DNA of 64,000 nt from Vicinamibacteria bacterium (GCA_964291235.2 OZ219816.1:672001-736000), one strand, 5' to 3'. Shown: positions 25,540 to 35,057, numbered from the stretch's first letter. Notes: generated by a model not told the origin, from the sequence alone. Program-made: numbers and translations.

Positions 25540-28500
25540 ATGAACACTGGACGAACCCTTCGCGTCCCGCTCGCCGCGGGCGCCGCACTGGTGCTGGTTG
25601 CGCCCCTCGTTTTCGCGCAGGGCAGCCATCACGACTACGACGAGCACTTCGACGAGGCGAATGTCACCGTCCCTCCGGAGTACTACGAGGAGATGCAGTT
25701 TCGCGCCGTCGGGTTCACCCGCGGCGGTCGCTCGACGGCGGCGGTGGGCGTTCCCGGCGACCCGCTGACCTACTACTTCGGGGGCACCGGCGGCGGTATC
25801 TTCAAGACGACCGACGCGGGGCACAACTGGACGAACGTCAGCGACGGCTTCTTCGGAGTGGGTGCCGTGGGCGCCATCGGGGTGGCCCCTTCGGACGTGA
25901 ACGTGGTCTATGTCGGCACCGGCTCCGCCTGCCCGCGCGGGAACATCTCGGTGGGCGACGGGATGTACCGCTCGACGGACGCCGGCAAGACGTGGGAGCA
26001 CATCGGCCTGCGCCACGCGGGCCAGATTGGCGCCATTTCCGTCCATCCGGAGAATCCGGACCTCGTGTATGTCGCGGCGCTCGGCTACATCTTCGGCGCG
26101 AACGAGGACCGCGGGATCTTCCGGTCCCGCGATGGCGGGGAAACCTGGGAGAAGGTGTTCTTCCTCTCCGACCGCACCGGGTTCGTGGACATCCAGATGG
26201 ACCCGAACAATCCGCGGATCCTCTACGCCGGCGCGTGGCGCGCCGAGCGGAAGCCCTGGTCGATGATTTCGGGCAGCGAGGACGGAGGGATCTACCGGAG
26301 CAAGGACGGCGGCGACACCTGGGCGAAGGTCGAAGGCGGGCTCCCCGGCGGGATGGTGGGCAAGACGGCGATCGCCATCTCCCCGGCGAACTCGGACCGC
26401 ATCTGGGTGCTGATCGAGGTCGAGGGCGACGAGGGCGGCCTCTACCGGTCCGACGACGGCGGCGAGAGCTTCACCCGGATCAACGGGGACGCGAACCTGC
26501 GGCAGCGCCCCTGGTACTACATCCACATCTATGCCGACCCCCAGGACGAGAACACGATCTACGGCCTGAACGTGGGCTTCCACAAGTCCATTGACGGCGG
26601 CCGGACGTTCCCGGAACGGATCCGGGTGCCGCACGGCGACAACCACGACCTCTGGATCAACCCGGACAACCCGATGAACATGATCAACGCGAACGACGGC
26701 GGCGCGAACGTGTCGTTCGACGGCGGCACGAGCTGGACCGACCTGAACGGACAGGAAACCTCCGAGATGTACCGGGTGTACGTGGACGACCAGTGGCCCT
26801 ACCGGATCTACGGTTCGCAGCAGGACAACAGCACCATCTCGGTGCCGTCCCGCGGCGGATTCAGCGTCGTTCCGGATTGGTATCAGGTCGGCGGCTGCGA
26901 GAGCGGGCACATCGCGGTGGACCCCCGCGATCCGGACATCATCTACGCGGGTTGCTACGGCGGCGCGATCACGCGCGTGAACCGGAAGACCGGCGAGTTC
27001 CGGCAGATCCTCCACTACCCGCAGCTCCAGCTCGGACAGGCGGCGCGGGATCTCAACTACCGGTTCCAGTGGAACGCGCCGATCCGGCTGTCGCCGCACG
27101 ATCCGGACATCCTCTACCACGCCTCGCAGGTGGTGCACATGTCCCGGGACGAGGGCCAGAGCTGGCAGGTGATCAGCCCCGACCTGACCACCAACGACCC
27201 CGAACACCAGGACTACGCGGGAGGTCCGATCACCCGCGACAGCACCGGCGTCGAGGTGTACAACACCGTCTTCTCGTTCGAGGAATCGCCGCACACGCCC
27301 GCCGAACTGTGGGCCGGCAGCGACGACGGCCGCGTCCACATCTCCCGCGACCGCGGCGAGACGTGGACGGAGATCACTCCCGAGGGCATGCCGGAAGGGG
27401 GCACCGTCAACGTCATCGAGATGTCCTCCCACGATCCCGCGCGGGTGTTCATCGCGGTGTACCGCTACCGGGAGAACGACTTCCGGCCGTACATCTTCCG
27501 GACGGGCGACGCGGGGGAGAGCTGGGATCTGCTGACCGACGGAACGAACGGAATTCCGCCGACGCACTTCACCCGCGCCATCCGCGAGGATCACGACCGC
27601 AAGGGGCTGCTCTACGCGGGAACCGAGTTCGGGCTCTACGTCTCGTTCGACGACGGCGCGCACTGGCAACGATTCCAGAACAACCTTCCGGTGAGCCCCA
27701 TTACCGATCTGCAGGTTCACCGGAAGGACCTGGTAATTGCGACCCAGGGCCGGTCCTTCTGGGTGCTCGACGACCTGAGCCCGCTCCACCAGGTCACCGA
27801 CGAGACGATGGCCGCGGAGTCGGTGCTCTATGCGCCCCGCACGGCCTATCGCGGCGGTTTTGTAGCTGCGGCCCAGATCCAGTACCACCTGAAGAGCGAG
27901 CCCGAATCCGCGATCACGCTGGAGATCCTGGATTCCGAGGGGAACTCGGTGCGGAAGGTCACCGGCCAGCCCGGCGCCGCGGCTCCGAGCGGTCCGGTCT
28001 CGCCGTTCGCGGCCTTCTTCGGCGGCGGTGCGCGGGCCCGGCTACCGGCCGCGGCGGGCCTCAATTCGTTCCGCTGGAACCTTCGCAGCGAGGGCATCCA
28101 GCGGCCGCCCGGCGTGGTGCATTGGGGCGGCACCCCAGGGCTCTCGGTGCTCCCGGGAGCCTACGAGGTTCGTCTGACGGTTGGAGAGGAAACCCACACG
28201 CAGCCGCTCGAGGTGGCGATGAATCCGAACCTCTCCTCCACCGCCGAGGATCTCGCGAAGCAGCGTGAACTCGGCGAGACCGTAGCCGGTGAGATTACGA
28301 AGCTCTTCGATGCGCTCAACCGGCTCCGCGACGTCAAGTCCCAGGCGGGAGACATCGTCGGACGGCTCCGGAAGGCCGGGAAGGCGGACGAGGAACTCGG
28401 GACGCTGAGCAAGGCGCTCACCGACCGCCTGACCGAGATCGAGGAGACGATCACCCAGACGAGCAGCAAGTCGTCGCAGGACCCGATCAACTTCCCGCCG

Positions 28501-28719
28501 CAGATCGACAACCAGTTGGTGACGCTCTACGGATACATCGTGCAGGCGGACTACGAGCCGACGGCCGGTGCCTATGAGCGCTTCGACGACCTGAAGCCGG
28601 ACCTGGATGCCATCCACGCTGACCTCGAGGCCGCCATGTCGGAGCACCTCACCCTCTTCAACGAGCGGGTAGCGAGCCTCGGCGTCCCGGCGGTGCTGGT
28701 AGCCACGGAGGAGAACTGA
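25540..28719 (+). CDS. Secreted VPS10/BNR (Asp-box) beta-propeller glycosyl-hydrolase-like protein
   Basis: Signal peptide; multiple SxDxGxTW Asp-boxes; HGDNHDLWI, NYRFQWNAPI, LYAGTEFG and ATQGRSFW; C-terminal helical region. Confidence 0.85.
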   Translation: MNTGRTLRVPLAAGAALVLVAPLVFAQGSHHDYDEHFDEANVTVPPEYYEEMQFRAVGFTRGGRSTAAVGVPGDPLTYYFGGTGGGIFKTTDAGHNWTNVSDGFFGVGAVGAIGVAPSDVNVVYVGTGSACPRGNISVGDGMYRSTDAGKTWEHIGLRHAGQIGAISVHPENPDLVYVAALGYIFGANEDRGIFRSRDGGETWEKVFFLSDRTGFVDIQMDPNNPRILYAGAWRAERKPWSMISGSEDGGIYRSKDGGDTWAKVEGGLPGGMVGKTAIAISPANSDRIWVLIEVEGDEGGLYRSDDGGESFTRINGDANLRQRPWYYIHIYADPQDENTIYGLNVGFHKSIDGGRTFPERIRVPHGDNHDLWINPDNPMNMINANDGGANVSFDGGTSWTDLNGQETSEMYRVYVDDQWPYRIYGSQQDNSTISVPSRGGFSVVPDWYQVGGCESGHIAVDPRDPDIIYAGCYGGAITRVNRKTGEFRQILHYPQLQLGQAARDLNYRFQWNAPIRLSPHDPDILYHASQVVHMSRDEGQSWQVISPDLTTNDPEHQDYAGGPITRDSTGVEVYNTVFSFEESPHTPAELWAGSDDGRVHISRDRGETWTEITPEGMPEGGTVNVIEMSSHDPARVFIAVYRYRENDFRPYIFRTGDAGESWDLLTDGTNGIPPTHFTRAIREDHDRKGLLYAGTEFGLYVSFDDGAHWQRFQNNLPVSPITDLQVHRKDLVIATQGRSFWVLDDLSPLHQVTDETMAAESVLYAPRTAYRGGFVAAAQIQYHLKSEPESAITLEILDSEGNSVRKVTGQPGAAAPSGPVSPFAAFFGGGARARLPAAAGLNSFRWNLRSEGIQRPPGVVHWGGTPGLSVLPGAYEVRLTVGEETHTQPLEVAMNPNLSSTAEDLAKQRELGETVAGEITKLFDALNRLRDVKSQAGDIVGRLRKAGKADEELGTLSKALTDRLTEIEETITQTSSKSSQDPINFPPQIDNQLVTLYGYIVQADYEPTAGAYERFDDLKPDLDAIHADLEAAMSEHLTLFNERVASLGVPAVLVATEEN

Positions 28720-28723
28720 CGAC

Positions 28724-28947
28724 CAGGAGCGCCGGCCTCCGGCCGGCATCGCGGCCGCAGGCCGCGAAACTCCCGTAGTGCATCAGCCGCACAGCACCCA
28801 GCCAAACGAGGACGGCCGTAGCGCGTTTGCCGCCGCACGAGTGACGCTGCGCCATGCCGCTGGGCTGCGGCGCCATCCTGAACGATCGGGTTCGGAAGTT
28901 TCGCCTTGCCTTGCTCGGCGATGCCAGCCGGGAGGCTGGCGCTCCTG
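28724..28947. repeat. Single REPIN-like element homologous to the 186-bp unit at 23358
   Basis: CAGGAGCGCCGGCCTCCGGCCGGCA...GCGAAACTCCC...GGAAGTTTCGC...TGCCAGCCGGGAGGCTGGCGCTCCTG. Confidence 0.85.
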
Positions 28948-28992
28948 TTCTTTCCCCCGGTCAGCGCTGCGTAGGGGCAGGAGCTGCCGGAA

Positions 28993-29401
28993 CCATGGTC
29001 AAGTCGCGCCGAGCCATGGTCAAACCGCCGGAGCCATGGTCAAATCGGCCGGAACCATGGTCAAAGCCATGGTCAAAGTCCGAATTCCGGCTCTTTCTCC
29101 CGCAAATTCGGGGAATTTCCAGTTTTCGGCCGGGCACGGCCCACCGGGGAGGAACGGCCTTTTCCGCCGAATTCGAGTGTTTCTACCTGCTCTCTTCGGT
29201 GTGTGATTTCCGAATTGGTTTCGTGGAGAAACCGGAACCGGCCTGCTTCGAGCGCGGTCGGCAGCGTGGAGCGCGGGATCAAGCCATGGTCAAACCGATC
29301 CGGAACCATGGTCAAATCGACCCCGAGCCATGGTGAAACGACCCCGAGCCATGGTCAAACGACCCCGAGCCATGGTCAAATCGACCGCGAACCATGGTCA
29401 A
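28993..29401 (+). repeat. Two iteron-like arrays of CCATGGTCAAA (5 + 6 direct copies) flanking a ~205-bp core
   Basis: Box starts at 28993, 29014, 29034, 29055, 29067 and at 29284, 29306, 29328, 29349, 29370, 29392. Confidence 0.92.
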
Positions 29402-29434
29402 CCTGCACCGGACGTGCGATTGGAGGATGACTCC

Positions 29435-30472
29435 GTGAGGCTGCCTATCGATCGTCGGTCTGCACTTTGGTTGTTGGGCGGGGTGGGCGCCGCGCCGCTT
29501 CTCGCATCCGCTCGTTCCCGCGGGCTCCAGCCGGACCTGATCCGGCCGCCCCGCATCCAGCCCGGCGACGTGTTCGGCCTGGTAAGCCCGGCGACCGCCG
29601 CCTTCGAGACCGACCCGACCGAAGTGTTCGCCGACGCGTTCCGGGCGGTGGGGCTCGAACCGCGCCTGGGAACCAACTACTACGAGCGGCGCGGCTACTT
29701 CGCCGGCAGCGACGCCGAGCGGGCCGCGGACATCATGGAGTTCTTTGCCGACCCGGGGGTGAAGGGGATCTTCGCCCGCGGCGGGTGGGGTTCAGCGCGG
29801 GTTCTGCCGCATCTGGACTACGACCTGATCCGCTCGAATCCGAAGGTGCTCCTCGGTTACAGCGACGCGACGGCCCTCCTGATGGGAGTCCACGCGAAGA
29901 CGGGTCTGATCGTCATGCACGGCCCGGGCCCCGGAAACCGCTTTTCGACAGAACACTTCCGCCGCACCCTGATGGATGGCGAAGCGGACCTGCTCGAAAA
30001 CCTGGTCGAGGATCCGGGGGACCACATCGTGCCCAGGGAGCACCGGATCCGCACCATCACCGGCGGGCGCGCCAGTGGGCCGCTCCTGGGCGGCAATCTG
30101 ACGGTGCTCACCGCGATCATGGGTTCGGAGTACCTGCCCGACTTCACCGGGGCAATCCTTTTTCTCGAAGACGTGGACGAGGCGGTGTACCGGGTGGACC
30201 GGATGCTGACCACCCTCAAGCTCGCCGGGGTGCTCGACCGCATCGCCGGATTCATCTTCGGCCGCTGCACCGACTGCGACCCCGGCTCGGGGTTTGGTTC
30301 GCTCACGCTGGAACAGCTATTCGAGGATCACATCGCTCCGCTCGGCATCCCGGCGTTCCGGGGCAGCATGATCGGGCACATCCCCGAACAGTTCACGCTT
30401 CCCATCGGGGGACGCGCCGAGCTGGACGCCGACCAGGGCACCATCCGCCTGCTGGAACCCGCCGTCCTGTAA
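29435..30472 (+). CDS. S66 family LD-carboxypeptidase with Tat-like signal
   Basis: SD GGAGGA then GTG; DRRSALWLLGG signal; RGGWGS, GYSDAT, HGP, GGNL, LFLEDV and IGH motifs. Confidence 0.9.
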   Translation: MRLPIDRRSALWLLGGVGAAPLLASARSRGLQPDLIRPPRIQPGDVFGLVSPATAAFETDPTEVFADAFRAVGLEPRLGTNYYERRGYFAGSDAERAADIMEFFADPGVKGIFARGGWGSARVLPHLDYDLIRSNPKVLLGYSDATALLMGVHAKTGLIVMHGPGPGNRFSTEHFRRTLMDGEADLLENLVEDPGDHIVPREHRIRTITGGRASGPLLGGNLTVLTAIMGSEYLPDFTGAILFLEDVDEAVYRVDRMLTTLKLAGVLDRIAGFIFGRCTDCDPGSGFGSLTLEQLFEDHIAPLGIPAFRGSMIGHIPEQFTLPIGGRAELDADQGTIRLLEPAVL

Positions 30473-30615
30473 GGACTTACGGCCGTTTCGCGGTGTTAGA
30501 CTGGCGGCGGGTCGGGAGAACCTTGACGCTTCCGCAGCGCGGAACCCACACCTTGACACCTGACAGTCCGACGAACCCGCCGGGGTTCGATAGCCGTGAA
30601 TCGGCTGGAGGAAGT

Positions 30616-30885
30616 GTGAAGAGGAAAGAGTGGATTCCGTTCGTATCGCTCGGGGTCTTTATGGCGGTGATGAACCTCACCATCGCCGCGTTTGGTTTTG
30701 AGCGGATCGACCGCCTCGAAACGCGGATGGACCGCCTGGAAGCGCGTATCGACCGCATCGACGACAGGCTGAGCGGCCTGGAGCAGCGGGTCTCCCGGAT
30801 TGAGGGAGTTCTGCTGCTGGGGGTGGAGCGACCCGACGCGGGTGCTTCTCCACCCGGCGGCAGGCTCGAAGAACCCAAGCGTTAG
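30616..30885 (+). CDS. Small membrane-anchored coiled-coil protein (89 aa)
   Basis: SD GGAGG; TM helix followed by heptads IDRLETR-MDRLEAR-IDRIDDR-LSGLEQR-VSRIEG. Confidence 0.65.
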   Translation: MKRKEWIPFVSLGVFMAVMNLTIAAFGFERIDRLETRMDRLEARIDRIDDRLSGLEQRVSRIEGVLLLGVERPDAGASPPGGRLEEPKR

Positions 30886-30939
30886 GGGCTTCCGTCTCGC
30901 CGGGAGACTTGAGAAGTCTTCCTGGGCGCCTGAAATTCC

Positions 30940-30965
30940 GAAATAACTAGTGTTATAGTTATTTC
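30940..30965. promoter_or_regulatory. Putative ArsR operator: perfect 10-6-10 inverted repeat overlapping a -10 box
   Basis: GAAATAACTA-gtgtta-TAGTTATTTC, AT-rich, ending 4 nt before the arsR ATG; TATAGT at 30954. Confidence 0.7.
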
Positions 30966-30969
30966 TGTC

Positions 30970-31353
30970 ATGGCGGCACCCGAACCACTGACCGAGGAAC
31001 TGGCGGCCGGCAGTCTGGCCGCGCTCGGAAACCCGACGCGTCTCCGGCTCTACCGGTTGCTCGTGCGCGCGGGTCCGCCTGGACTTCCGGTCGGAGAGCT
31101 CGTTCGGACGCTCGAAACTCCGGCATCCACGCTCGCCCATCACCTTGCCTACCTCACCCGGGCGGGGCTCGTCGAGCAGGAACAGCACGGACGCGAGGTG
31201 CGGTCCCGCCCGGATTTCGCCGCCATGACCCGACTGATGACCTTTCTGACTGCCGAGTGCTGCACTGGTGCGCCTACGGCACGCTCCCCGGAGGATGCTT
31301 GTGTCCCGACTGCAACTTGCCCTGAATGTGACGAACCTCGAGAAGGCGATTGA
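30970..31353 (+). CDS. arsR: ArsR/SmtB family metalloregulator (C-terminal ECC type)
   Basis: LAALGNPTRLRLYRLLV...PASTLAHHL...LMTFLTAECC. Confidence 0.88.
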   Translation: MAAPEPLTEELAAGSLAALGNPTRLRLYRLLVRAGPPGLPVGELVRTLETPASTLAHHLAYLTRAGLVEQEQHGREVRSRPDFAAMTRLMTFLTAECCTGAPTARSPEDACVPTATCPECDEPREGD

Positions 31354-31738
31354 TTTCTACTCGCGGATGTTCGCGACGCCCCCGGCGAAGGTGAAGCCCG
31401 GCTACGCGAACTTCGCGATCGCCGATCCGCCGCTCAAGCTGGTGCTCTTCGAGGGAAACGAGGGGGCGACCATCAACCACCTCGGGGTGGAGGTCGAAGC
31501 CGCGGGCCAGGTGCGGGCCGCCGAGGGCCGGCTCCGGGAGTCCGGGATCGAGACGACGGGGGTGGACGAGACTGTTTGCTGCTACGCGGAAAAGACGGAG
31601 ACCTGGGTCGCCGATCCCGACGGGGCGCGTTGGGAGTGGTACGTGAAATCCGGGGATGCGGAGCAGCTCCAGAATGTGGTGATTTCGGCGGATGCGGCGG
31701 AGGCGGAGAAGGGGGCACCCGCGGCCTGCTGTACCTGA
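31301..31738 (+). CDS. ArsI/CadI family VOC metalloenzyme (organoarsenical C-As lyase-like)
   Basis: MSRLQLALNV, PAKVKPGYANF, INHLGVEV, vicinal Cys in VCCYA, WEWY and C-terminal CC; SD GGAGGA. Confidence 0.85.
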   Translation: MSRLQLALNVTNLEKAIDFYSRMFATPPAKVKPGYANFAIADPPLKLVLFEGNEGATINHLGVEVEAAGQVRAAEGRLRESGIETTGVDETVCCYAEKTETWVADPDGARWEWYVKSGDAEQLQNVVISADAAEAEKGAPAACCT

Positions 31739-31787
31739 GACCAGCGGCCCGTAGGGCCGCGGGCGATTCCCGGCGCCGGGCGCAGGG

Positions 31788-32115
31788 CCGCGAGCATTCC
31801 CTGCCGATCGCCTTCACGAGATGCACGCCGAGAGGGGAGCCATCCCGACGCGGGGGTGCCGTCCCGCCGCCCCGCTTCGCGGGGCTGTGCCGATCTGGAG
31901 ATCGGCGTTCCCTGTCCTTTGTACCGCCGGGGCTGGCGGGGGCTGTGCCGAGACGGAAACATTTGGACGCTGGGGGGCCTTCCCGCCGCCCCGCTTCGCG
32001 GGGCTGTGCCGATCTGGAGATCGGCGTTCCATTGCGGTCGCCCGCCGTCGGTGCTTGGGAAGATCCGTCCCGTTGCCCCGCTTTGCGGACGATGCCGGCC
32101 GGAGGCCGGCGCTCC
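31788..32115. repeat. Cluster of REP-containing modules (family B body)
   Basis: Identical 50-mer TCCCGCCGCCCCGCTTCGCGGGGCTGTGCCGATCTGGAGATCGGCGTTCC at 31862 and 31981, and a third variant ending at 32115. The stretch 31788-31830 matches 21900-21942. Confidence 0.85.
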
Positions 32116-32121
32116 TCTTTC

Positions 32122-33555
32122 CTAAACCCGCGCGTCCACGTCGATTTCGACGCGGTGCGGTGCGGTCGGTCGGAGCAAACCCACATAGCGGTCCCTGACC
32201 ATCGAGTCCGGCCCTATGGAAGGGAGTCGATCGAGAAGCACTTCCCGCACCGTCGGCCAGTCTTCCTCGCGGGCACGCGCATCGACCCGAAAAATGTCAC
32301 CGACTTCGGCGCGGAGGGACTGAAGCGCTCCCTCCATCCGGTCCACCACGAAATGGGTCTGGGCGCGGACATCGTCCCCGCCGATGGTGCGGCCGCCGTG
32401 GGTCGGGGGCACCCCGGCCAGCCGGACGTTGCCGCCGCTCCGAAACGCTTCGGTGAATCCCGCCTCGGGGACCAATTCCAGCCCGCGCGCCGTTTCCCGG
32501 ACCCCGTAGGGCGCCGGGAAATGGGTCACGTGGTGGTGCAGATCTCCGGAGGCGGTGAGATAGGGCGGCCGGCGGTACTCGTCGCCGCAGTCCCCCGGAA
32601 TGGGATCGAGCTCGGCCCGCGCCTCGGCGAGTTCCGCGCGTGACCGGGCGTCGAGCGAGAAGTCCGAGAGCCGGAGGTTGTCTTCGAGATGACTCCGCTC
32701 CCCCGGACGCGCTCCGACGATCACTCCCGCCACCGCGGGCTGCTCCAGCACGTAGCGCCCGGCGACGTTCGCGATGGAGACTCCGTAGCGATCCGCGATT
32801 CGGCGGGCGGCGCGCAGCACCCCCTGGAATCTCTCCCAGCCGCCGGCCTGCTCGATGAACCGGCGGTACTTCATCTGGGACCAGGTGAGGGACTCGTCGA
32901 TCGGCGGCGCCGGAGCGTCCAGCCAGCGATCGCTCAACAGGCCGCCGGCGAGGGCGCCGTAGGCCAATAGACCGACTCCGTGGCTGCGACACACCGCGGC
33001 CATGCGCCCCGCCGGGCGATCGTCGAGCAGGGAATAGCAAACCTGGTTCGAAACGAGCGGAATCCCGCTGCGGAGCGCCAGGTCGAGATGGACCGCGTCG
33101 AAGTTGGTCACCCCGAGGTGCCCGATCCGGCCGGAGTTGCGGATCTCCACCAAGTGGAACAGGCAGTCCAGCCAGCCCGGATCCGGATAGCTCCAGGCGT
33201 GGAACTGCAGTACCTCCAAGCGGTTGGCGCCGATCCGATCAAGTGAGAGGCGCACGGCTGCCTCGACATCGCGGCGGGACGAGACTCCGGGCTCCGGCAC
33301 CCATTTGGTGAACACCTGCACCCCGGGTCGCCGCTTCTGCAGCGCCCCGGCGATCAACTCGGCCGAGCCGTAGTGGTCCGCCACGTCGAACGTCGTGAAG
33401 CCGGCGTCCACCGCCGGCTCCAGCGCCTCGGCGGCACGGCCCGTTGCGAGGGCCGCCCCTCCGCGCTCCTGATCGGCGACCTGCCAGAGCCCGGTCAGCA
33501 CCCGGGATATCTCGAGCCCGGGTGCGAGCCGGGTGCGTTCCACCGGCCCGCTCAC
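32122..33555 (-). CDS. Aldo/keto reductase fused to a C-terminal RidA/YjgF-like domain
   Basis: GLWQ, TTFDVADHYGSAE, TKW, LGVTNFD, SNQVCYSLLD and AYGALAGG motifs. C-terminus ...DVRAQTHFVVDRMEGALQSL...VEIDVDA. Confidence 0.82.
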   Translation of the reverse strand: MSGPVERTRLAPGLEISRVLTGLWQVADQERGGAALATGRAAEALEPAVDAGFTTFDVADHYGSAELIAGALQKRRPGVQVFTKWVPEPGVSSRRDVEAAVRLSLDRIGANRLEVLQFHAWSYPDPGWLDCLFHLVEIRNSGRIGHLGVTNFDAVHLDLALRSGIPLVSNQVCYSLLDDRPAGRMAAVCRSHGVGLLAYGALAGGLLSDRWLDAPAPPIDESLTWSQMKYRRFIEQAGGWERFQGVLRAARRIADRYGVSIANVAGRYVLEQPAVAGVIVGARPGERSHLEDNLRLSDFSLDARSRAELAEARAELDPIPGDCGDEYRRPPYLTASGDLHHHVTHFPAPYGVRETARGLELVPEAGFTEAFRSGGNVRLAGVPPTHGGRTIGGDDVRAQTHFVVDRMEGALQSLRAEVGDIFRVDARAREEDWPTVREVLLDRLPSIGPDSMVRDRYVGLLRPTAPHRVEIDVDARV

Positions 33556-35057
33556 TCCGGCGGCAGCGAACCGAAGAGCCGGCCGGTATCCACTCCGCGC
33601 TGGCGTAGCCGGGCCATTTCCCGGAGATAGATAAGCGATGCGACGCCCATCACCAGCAGCCATACCCACGTCGAATGGAAGTACCAGGCAGTCGTCTCGG
33701 TGGTGAGGTCCTTCACGACGTGGAGGACCAGGAACAGCCCGAGGATCGCCGTCCCCCCGCCGCCGACGAGCGCCTGCGCGGTCCGTCCCAAGACCTTCAC
33801 CTCGCCGGCGAGCCGCGGATTCCGCCGGGGCAGGGTGACGAGCGAGAGGCAGATGAGCCCGAAGTTCACGAGCATCGAGGTCACCAGGATGTCGATGCCC
33901 AGGAAAAAGTCGCCCGCGAGGTGACTTCCCAGGATCCCCACGGTCGCCATCAGGCCGCTCAGCAGGATCGCCGCCCAGGGGGTGTGGAAACGCGGGTGGA
34001 CCGCCGCCACCCCCTTCGGGAAAATCCCGTCCTCGGCCCAGGCGAACATCATCCGGGACACGGCGAGCAGCATCGCCGGCAGGTCGTTGATGAGGGCGAC
34101 CGCCGCCCCGCCGAGGATTGCCGCGGTTCCCGCGGCCGGCAAGAGGTAACCGAGGAGTCCGGGCGCGGTGACGTCGCGGACCGCCGCTTCCTCCGCGACG
34201 AAGTTCCAGGGGACCGCGTGGTACATCGCGGCGGTGAACAGGAAGTAGAAGCCGCCGACCGACGCGATCGCGATCCCGATGGCCAGCGGGATGTTGCGCC
34301 CGGGGTTCTTGGCCTCGCCTCCCGCCTGGGCGATCGAGTCGAATCCGATGAAGGTGGCGAAGAGGACGACCGCGGCGGTCACGAACGGGACGAGTTGCAG
34401 CGGAGTGGCCGGGGCCTCCGCGACGGTGCGGCCCTCACTCGCCATGAGCGCCGCGGCGAAGTCCCCGTGGTCGAAGGCGAAGCCGGCGACGATCACCACC
34501 CCGCCGAGCGCGAACATCAGGAACATCATGGGAACCAGGGTCCGCTCGTAGAGCTTCAGTCCCCGGAGGTTCACCAGCACGAAGGTCCACAGGAACGCGA
34601 TCGAGATTCCTACCCGGACCGAACCACGCTCGAGGGCGCCGGCAACCGCGGAATAGCCGAGCGCCCCGGCCATGTCGCGCAGGAAGGGAACGAGCAGGTA
34701 GGACACCACCCCGATGGCTATCGAGAGCCCGAACCACTGCGAGAAGCTGGCGATGAAGCCCCACCACGGGCTGAGGGCCCGGCTCGCGTAGATGTAGCTG
34801 CCTCCGGCCCGGGGCATCGCCGATCCCAGGCTCGCGTAGGCGAGGGCGGCCAGGACGGCGGGGAAGGCGGCGAACACGTACGCCGGGAGGACGTAGGGGC
34901 CGATGTCCGGGATGCCGCGCAGCAGCGCGAAGGGCATCACGTTGATCGCCGCCCCGAGCATCGAGCAGATCCCGGTGGCCGCGAGGCCCATGAGGCCGAG
35001 GTTCCTGGCGAGTCCGGTGCCGGAGCTCGTCATCCGGCCCCCAGGGTCCGCGCTCAT
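33552..35057 (-). CDS. APC family amino acid permease
   Basis: GICSMLGAAI, YASLGSAMPRAGGSYIY, FIGFDSIAQAGGEAKNP, SRMMFAWAEDG and HPRFHTP motifs; about 12 TM segments. Confidence 0.92.
   Translation of the reverse strand: MSADPGGRMTSSGTGLARNLGLMGLAATGICSMLGAAINVMPFALLRGIPDIGPYVLPAYVFAAFPAVLAALAYASLGSAMPRAGGSYIYASRALSPWWGFIASFSQWFGLSIAIGVVSYLLVPFLRDMAGALGYSAVAGALERGSVRVGISIAFLWTFVLVNLRGLKLYERTLVPMMFLMFALGGVVIVAGFAFDHGDFAAALMASEGRTVAEAPATPLQLVPFVTAAVVLFATFIGFDSIAQAGGEAKNPGRNIPLAIGIAIASVGGFYFLFTAAMYHAVPWNFVAEEAAVRDVTAPGLLGYLLPAAGTAAILGGAAVALINDLPAMLLAVSRMMFAWAEDGIFPKGVAAVHPRFHTPWAAILLSGLMATVGILGSHLAGDFFLGIDILVTSMLVNFGLICLSLVTLPRRNPRLAGEVKVLGRTAQALVGGGGTAILGLFLVLHVVKDLTTETTAWYFHSTWVWLLVMGVASLIYLREMARLRQRGVDTGRLFGSLPPE

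Noticed and set aside
24331-27888. 1185-aa minus-strand ORF and similar long antisense ORFs (1921-3594, 46432-48804, 60016-62133)
   Set aside because: Antisense shadows of well-supported genes, expected at high GC; no motifs.
28993-29401. Mini-CRISPR, or an N-terminal coding repeat (MVKRPRA) of the LD-carboxypeptidase
   Set aside because: The 11-bp repeat and ~10-bp related linkers are too short for CRISPR. Spacings break frame, and a better SD plus GTG with a Tat-like signal lies at 29435.
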